In this document: one piece after another, positions 56,267-64,000 of the stretch
Position numbering within the stretch: position 1 is the stretch's first letter
How the letters are laid out: each line of letters begins with the position of its first letter
From: Paramecium tetraurelia
Taxonomy: Eukaryota
Length of the DNA: 64,000 nt
Direction of reading: 5' to 3'
Assembly: GCA_000165425.1 (NCBI GenBank)
Contig: CT868000.1
Coordinates: 1-64,000 of the forward strand
The notes under the pieces: generated by a model
Database searches by the model: none
Seen by the model: only the letters and a program-made list of their open reading frames with translations
Told to the model about the DNA's origin: nothing
Translations under genes and position numbers: made by a program

Positions 56267-57657
56267 ATGCAACAAGAAATTTAAGCATTCCTCCTTGTTC
56301 CCAAGGATTCTGATTTCACCATCAAAAACATACCATTCGGTGTTGCATCCAAAGCTGATGGTCTTCCCTTTCCAGCCACCATCATAGGTAATTCTTACTC
56401 GCTAATTCAATTAGGTGATTCTGTGATCAATTTGGCCAAACTTGAAGAATTGGGATATTTTAACGGACCTCTATTTTCTACTTTAGGATCGAAAGTCTTT
56501 GATAATGGAAATTTAAACAAATTTGTTTCACTCTCAAGACCATATTGGAAAGAAGTCAGATCTTAGATCCAATCTTTATTTTCAACTGGAAGCCAATTGG
56601 AAAATAATAAAGAAGTCTTGGCTTAGGTTATCACACCTGTTCAAGATAGTAAATAATTAATATTAAGTAGCCAAAAATCATTTGCCAATCACAATTGGAG
56701 AATACACAGATTTTTATTCTTCTAAGAATCATGCTTTTAATATGGGATCTATTATCAGAGGACCTGACAATGCCATGCAACCAAATTGGTACCATTTGCC
56801 TGTTGGATATCATGGAAGAAGATCATCAATTGTTGTTGATGGAACAGATATAAGAAGACCTTGGGGTTAAGTTAAGGCTCCAACAGCTGAGAAACCATCA
56901 TTCACTAAGTGCAAAAGACTAGATTATGAATTAGAAATCGGAGCAGTTATCGGAGGAGCTCCAAACAATTTGGGAGAACCAATTAGAGTCAATCAAGCTG
57001 AAGATAGAGTCTTTGGGTTTGTGATTCTAAATGATTGGTCAGCCAGAGATGTTCAGGTCTGGGAGTATGTTCCCCTAGGTCCTTTTGGAGCCAAAAACTT
57101 TGCATCCACCATATCTCCTTGGATTGTTACCATCGAAGCCTTAGAACCATTCCGCATTTAATTACCAGAATAAGATCCAGAACCATTCGTCTACTTAAAA
57201 GAGAAGAAGTACTTTTCAATTCATAATGAAGTCATACATCTTTCGATATTAATTTGGAAGTCCTCATTGGAACAGAGAAGACTCCAGAATTGGAACATTT
57301 TACTACCAGCAATTTTAAGTATATGTATTGGAGTGTGAATCAATAAATTGCTCATCATTCCGTTACTGGTTGCAATATTTAACCAGGAGATCTCTTTGGA
57401 TCTGGAACAATCTCAGGAACTACTAAGGATGGCAGAGGATGTTTAATGGAATACACTTGGAATGGAAAGGAGCCTTTGGTATTGAAATCAGGTGAACAAA
57501 GATTGTTTTTGGAGGATGGCGATGTCCTTGAAATGAGGGGATTTGCAGGAGAGGGAGAGTAAGAATCATATATTTATATGTTAGAAATCGTGTTGGCTTT
57601 GGCAGATGCAAAGGAAAGATTTTACCTGCTTTAGATGAGAATTATTTCTAATAATGA
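56267..57657 (+). CDS. FAH: Fumarylacetoacetase
   Basis: [79 protein letters not shown]. Confidence 0.97.
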
Positions 57658-57697
57658 AAGTTAAATATTATCAATATTAAAATTTATATTAAAAAAT

Positions 57698-57905
57698 ATG
57701 GGCAAAAAGACAACATTACTCTTTAAGTTAGTGAGTTCAGCTGGCACAGGGTTTTATTATTATGGAGAGAAGAGCACAAAGTAATTGGAGCATTATTAAA
57801 ATAAGGAAAGTGGGCTCTAAATTGATTTTAAGAAAGTATGATCCAATGGTCAACCAATATGTTATCTTCACAGAGTCTAAATTAGCATCAGGAAAGAAAA
57901 AGTGA
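57698..57905 (+). CDS. MRPL33: Ribosomal protein bL33, probably mitochondrial
   Basis: KLVSSAGTGFYY..KLILRKYDPMVNQYVIFTE after a 25-nt intron. Confidence 0.9.
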
Positions 57906-58805
57906 TTTAATAAGACATAGCAAAATATATAATTGTAATTTAATCTTATTTAAAGAAAAGCGATTATTTTTTTATTTAATCATTTTCCTATTTTATAACC
58001 TACCTTCATACAGTAATCTGCACAAACATTTATTTCACCTTTTCCCTACTCTAAGGTTCGTTATTTTCATATTCTAAGATATCAAGAAATATTTAAAAAT
58101 CTTCCACAATTAATTTAAAATCAATTATAAAGTAAGCAAACGAAAAAATTAAGGGTGAATTTATTAATTATACACAGATTGTTGATACTCTAGCGTTACT
58201 GTAGCTGTAATTTAATAGGAATCCTAAATTAACTCAAAGATATTCAGAAATATTTTTAAGTCCTTTTTAATGAATTAAGCAAGAGAAATTACGTTTCTTT
58301 GTGTTCTGAGAACATTCTTCAAACTGTTATAAATATTCTTAGAATAAGCCTAAGATTATTTTAATCAATAATTATATAATATTCTTCCATGAATTCAGGT
58401 AACCAACGAAAACACAGAAATATCTTGTAAGCCTACATAAATACTGTCTAATTTGAAGAAGAAACTCAGCAGATGTCAGGAAATATCAATTCAAGCTAAC
58501 AATTCTTTGATTATTCCAAGAAGTATAGTCCATCTTTATTTAGAATAAAAACGATCGACAAATTTTTGAGGGATCTTCAGAGCCTAAAACAGATGCCTTT
58601 CTATAAAACTGAATGAATTAGATGAATTTTTTTATGTTTATATTTTTAAAAGTTGAAATATTTTTGAGAAGTCCAAATAAATCTTAATATTTACAAGAAA
58701 AGCATTACATTTTGGGAATTGTAGAGAATAAGATCACTTCATTTCTAAAAATAGATAAAATTTTGTTTATATAAGTTTTAATCAATATACTGTGTTTAAT
58801 AAAAT

Positions 58806-60991
58806 TCAATATTTTTTTTATGAGGCACTTTACGGTCTTACCATTCTACCAGAACTTGAGGAAGGATCATCTAAAAATTAGGATTCTTTAATACTTGCTT
58901 TATTTTGACTTAGCATTGGGTATTTGAATCCAACCGTAGTTCCAACATATTTCTAATTATCCGTAGTGTAATTAACTTAATTTGGATCTAAATTTTTAGA
59001 TTATATTTACTTAATTCATAAACTTCAGAATTTTCATAAACCAAATCTTTTGGCCTCAAATCTCCTCTTACTAATTTAGCCTAATTTAAGTCTTAGCTTT
59101 TCTTAGAATAACATTAATTATTACATCTAAAGTTTTTGTTAATTTAGTTTTTCCTGAGCAAACCAAGCATCTCTATGTAACAACTCTATGATTTCCGGTT
59201 AAGATGCTAACAGTTTCTTATTGATTTACACTAAATATATTAATGAAACCATACTATAGCAATGTTTGTAGATAATTAGAGAACTCCTCTAACTCCTTCA
59301 TTCCTTTAGCTAGAATCCCATAATTTTCAGCCATGGTTTTATATTTTTCCTCTAAAGCTGTAAATTTAGCCTTGGTGTCTTCTTCATTTGCTTTTCTAAA
59401 GATTATTTAAAATATTAATACTCTGCAAGCTGTTTCTATAGGTCAGAGTTATCATTCGATGTCATTTATTTCATATACTTTCTCATTTTTTTATCAAGAT
59501 CTTATAAACCTTCCATCTTCTTTTTTAAATCAGCTATATCATTTAATAGGTTTCTGATGAACATCTCAAAAGACATGTTCTCTCCACAAGCTTAGCCAAC
59601 AATTTGTAATATTCTTGCTCTTAATAAACTCATAGGTTATGATAGCTCTTTATCAATTATAGAGATAATATCTTCTTTTGATAATTATTATTATTAAGGC
59701 GCCTACTTCAAAAGATTTAATTGTTGAAGGAATCTTTGTTCATTGACATCAATTTTTCTTTTCAATTCATTTTCTAATAATCTCAATTTGTTTTCTTAAT
59801 CTGTATAATCACTTTTTAATCTTTTAATATCAGCTTCTAAAGAACAGACTTTGTGAGGATCAACATCACTTTTTCCTCCTTTTGCTTGTCCATCAAAGTT
59901 TTCAGTCTTAATTTTTAATTCTTCAATGTCTTTTCTATTTTATTCTCCCCTATATTAGCAATCAGCAATTTTATCATCCATTGATTTGATTTAAGGTATC
60001 AATTTTTCTAATTACAAAATGGCATCCATTTTTCTGGACAATTCACCTACTTTATTTTAAAGATCAACAGTTCTATCACTTAGTATTTATTTTGTTTGTT
60101 CAAATTTTTCAAGGGGTGTATATTTCTGTTAGATTGTATCATTCATTTCTTTCAATTGAATTCTTAATGTTTTGAAATTGTCTTGATTTCTTTCTTCATT
60201 GTATTGAAATTTGGCCTTCAATTCAACCATCTCATTTTAAATTCCCTTGATGCCTTCATCTTTTTATTTGGCTATGTCTCTCATAACTCTATCATAAACA
60301 CCTTAGCAGGATGATTCCACAAATTTGTCATTGATTCTTTATTGCAATAACTTTTCACAATCACTTATTTTCCATAATGTTTTTTTCTCTAACTCATTAA
60401 TACTTTATTGTAACTGATTTTAATTTTAAGTTGCTGATCTCTCCTGATCCTAAAATCGTTTAGTAAGTTTCTTATTTAAATCATCAATTTGATCTGACAA
60501 TTTAGTTTTTTGTTCTTTCAAACCCTTATCCAAATCATCTTTCAATGCTCGTTTCATAAGATCAGCCTCCAATTTGTTGAGTTTAGCTTCCCAATCTTTA
60601 CTTCGTTTGAATAGATACGCCATTCCTTAACCGAACACTCGCTCTTTGTTGATCACCATACAGATGGCATTCTCTATTTGATCTGATCCATTTTCAGCCA
60701 ATGGTTTCTCCAACTAAAAAGAAACCTATTGTTCGAATTCTGGATCACGAAGAGACATTGATCTTGCAGTTCTCTGCAAATAGGTTTCATACTATTTCTT
60801 ACATGATTAAATCATACATCTTGCAATTTCAGTACTTGATTCAATTAGATTTATAAGTTGTTTAAATAGGAAGAATGCCCATTAACTGTGTTAGTAACTT
60901 TCTCTAAATAACTTTTAAGTTGTTCAGCTCTTAGGTCAACTTAAAAAAGTGTCTCCTCCAATAATAGAGTTGCTGCTTGTTATGCTTTCAT
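58806..60991 (-). CDS. Long coiled-coil protein of unknown function
   Basis: Code-6 frame from ATG 60991 to TGA 58806-58808 with tiny introns; K/E/Q/D-rich heptads. Confidence 0.75.
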
Positions 60992-61034
60992 TAATTTACA
61001 AAATTTATAATATATTAACTTATTATTATATTAA

Positions 61035-63631
61035 TCATTTCTTTATAACATTGTTCCGCCTATTATATGTAATCAAGTCCACTGTACATTTAGTGGCTCT
61101 AACTTATCTAATTATTTGAGCAGGATACAAAACGTAACACAAAAACTATGTAATAATTCTTAATTTATTTTTATCCAAATTGATCTTGACATTACTAAAA
61201 TTAAACTTAGGATTGTAATGGATGAAATTCTGAGGCTAATCAAATTCCAGCGTTGTGATCAACGGCGTCTCTAAATTCTTCTTGATATAGTAATCTAAAG
61301 TGTCTAATAATTTCAAATCTATGCCTCCTATTTATTTTAAATAGTCATATCTTATCTGCATCTATTTCAATTATGATAATTTGCTAAAATAATTAGTTTT
61401 TGCTCTAAATGACTCAAATGCATGTATGATAAATTGAGGATATGATCTATTAATCATCACTACTTTACGAACCAAACATTAGAATTTTTTTTTAATTTAC
61501 TTCGTTGCTTTTATCCCCAGCTTGATATTTTTATAGCAATCCAAACTGTTGATTAGAATTTGATCATCTATCTTTTCAGGTAAATCGTATATACGAACAA
61601 TATCACTATTTTACTGCTGTATAATAAAAGCATTTTTCTCTAGTGACTATTTCATAAGCTTTGCATTTTAACTGATCTTTCCCCTCAGATGAAATTTTCG
61701 ACCTTATTATGAATCAATCGTAAATTATTTAATTAATTTTTCTTTGTCTGCTACATAATGTACCTATGGACACTCCTTTGAAAAATGGTAATTTGACTTG
61801 CAAATATAACAACTTCTTGGGAATATACTAGTTTCATTCCCATTAAATATCAAATAATCCTTTATTTAACAATATATTTCATAATCTGCTGGGTATTTTG
61901 CTAAGATTTTCAAGAATTTCCTTTGCGATAAAGTCATGACCAATGAAAATCCTTAGCTTTTATATATTTCTGGTTATTCATTACCCAATAAAAAGGATAT
62001 TAAGCCTAGAGTATTACCCTTAGAAAAAGATTTCAACTTCAAATTGCACTATCTATCCCCAAATAACTCTATTTTGCCCTATTCAATGTAAACCAATTGA
62101 TTTTTCTGAGCCACTAAAGATTCAGGAGGCAAAATCTTTCTCTTCAAAGACTTTATGAGTTCTGCCTTAAAAGCTGCAGTAAACCTGTACCTGAACAATG
62201 CACATTAATTCAAAATTATAGAATTGGATTCCTAAACTAATTTATTCCTTAACATTTCCGACAATTAATTTATTATAACATTAACATCCTAGGCCTCTTA
62301 TTCCTTGTCTAATTACCAAAAGTAATCCAAGTATTATCTGACTTCATGTTACAAATTAAAGGGAATTTATTTTCGCTGCATAAATGAGTTGATAATTCTG
62401 AGCTTTCTTCTCTTGTCTTCGCCATATTCTGTGATATTTTGGACAATCATCCCAACTGTATTAATACTATAAGGAAGCTAAAGACTTGAACACACTATAA
62501 AAAAACAGCAAACTATTTTCTCTAGATTAGTTTAAGGAGTCACATCACCATATCCAACTGTAAAGATGGTCACAGCAGAAAAATATACAGAATGTACATA
62601 TTGAACAGTCCAGTCCTCATCTACTACTTTTTCCATCCAACTAGTACCATATGCTCTATGACTATATTCTCCAATCTAATGTTATGAATAAATTATTAAA
62701 TTACATAAAACCAAAAGCAAGAAAAGAAGTGGACCATAAAAAAAAGAGCACCAATCAGTTTTATCAACTCTAAAATTGATGAGGCTTTCTTATTCAAGTT
62801 TAATCCTTCTTCATAATAGATCAGGCACTCCTATATTGTACTATAATGAACCAAAAATGTTATTAGTGTTAGATATATTCTATAATCCTTTATTTTAATT
62901 TGAATTTCATCATCCTATGTCAAAATTAGATATATCAATATTTAAATTGTTGACATCCATTCTAATCCATAGCACTTCAAGAAATTATGTTTGACTATCT
63001 TTTTTCTATCAGTTACTAATATCCCTTCAGTATAATAAGATGTATTTAGTCCCACTAATAAATCTCCTAATAGTATTAAAAGAAAAACAAATGATTAAAT
63101 ATAATAGAGATCAAACATGAAGGAGTATTTATTCCATACTACATCAAGAGGTATTAGAAATAAAAAGTATAATCGAGAAACCAAAGATGCCAGATCCCAA
63201 ACTATTTTAATAGGGGATTCTGGCTTGAATAATTCAACCCGGCCCAACCACAGGATTAAATTCCCAAAATAAGTAGCAATTAGTTTCTTCATCTTTTCTT
63301 AAAATCTAATTTTCAATTCCATCTCCATGTGAGTTGAAAGTAACTTGAAGTTCAAGTTGAATCCATGTTATTATTTTGATGCCGCATTATCTCCTACATA
63401 ATCTAGCAACTCATTCGATATTGAACTATTGTCCTCCACTCTCTTCTTTAAAGAATTAAAAAATCTTCTAACATATACAAACTTCCTCTCTGATTTAGTA
63501 GGTGGACTTTTAAAGGAATCTGAAAAAAAATGATGACCTAAACTACTGTGATTTTGAAACTAGCCTACTATTTCGCTCTATTCAGTATTGAAATAAACCC
63601 TATTTTTTGGTGTTTTCCCTTCCTAAATCAT
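61035..63631 (-). CDS. 6TM K+ channel with C-linker, CNBD-like domain and CCHC zinc knuckle (EAG/HCN-like ciliate family)
   Basis: PESPIKIVWD, YFSAVTIFTVGYGDVTP, YSINTVGMI, C-linker VRQYLDYFW, CNBD-like region, CYICKSNYHFSKECP. Confidence 0.92.
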
Positions 63632-64000
63632 AAAATCCTATATAATAAATAAAATTAATGAGACAATAACCTTAAAAACACAAAGATTTCAATGTTGAAT
63701 TTGAAATATAATGAAATATCATAAATTAGACTAAAAATTTCAAAGGTTTTTCTATTTTTGTATTTTTTGTCAAAAATTATTGACATTATGTTTCATATTC
63801 AGATAAAAACTTAAAAAAATCAAAATTAAATTAATTGTATTTTTTACTTGATAAATACATATTAATAATTGAAATTCCTCTGTCCATCTAGAATGCTTAG
63901 ATTTCAGACTCTGTACTACTTCAATTATTGTGAAATTTAAGAAGTCTTTAATTATTAAGATTTTAAATTCAGATAATTAAAAAAACGTTATCAAAATATT

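Overview
Gene-dense, very AT-rich eukaryotic DNA that reads as ciliate macronuclear sequence, most likely Paramecium. TAA/TAG encode Gln, TGA is the only stop, and introns are about 20-30 nt GT..AG. The supplied ORF track uses the standard code, so it shows only fragments or antisense artefacts. I re-translated by hand with code 6; CDS coordinates run start to stop, include introns, and a few starts are approximate. About 30 protein genes are supported: two kinases, DRC3-like LRR, GPR180/TMEM145-like, TTC23-like, a Cache/HAMP/TPR/vWA receptor-like protein, ELP5-like, an SCP/CTD phosphatase, RING/B-box proteins, a HEAT protein, YIPF1/2-like, two paralogous four-domain cation channels, POLD2, a RecQ4-like protein, SSX2IP-like, CEP76, RPB12, FAH, bL33m and a CNBD-type K+ channel. 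There is a 150-N gap at 1303-1452. The best leads are (i) the two four-domain channels with an all-Asp D/D/D/D pore ring, eroded S4 and altered IQ, (ii) an intact-ORF RecQ4-like protein that has lost all its ATPase motifs, and (iii) the sensor-HAMP-TPR-vWA receptor. All family calls come from motifs recognised by eye; no searches were run.
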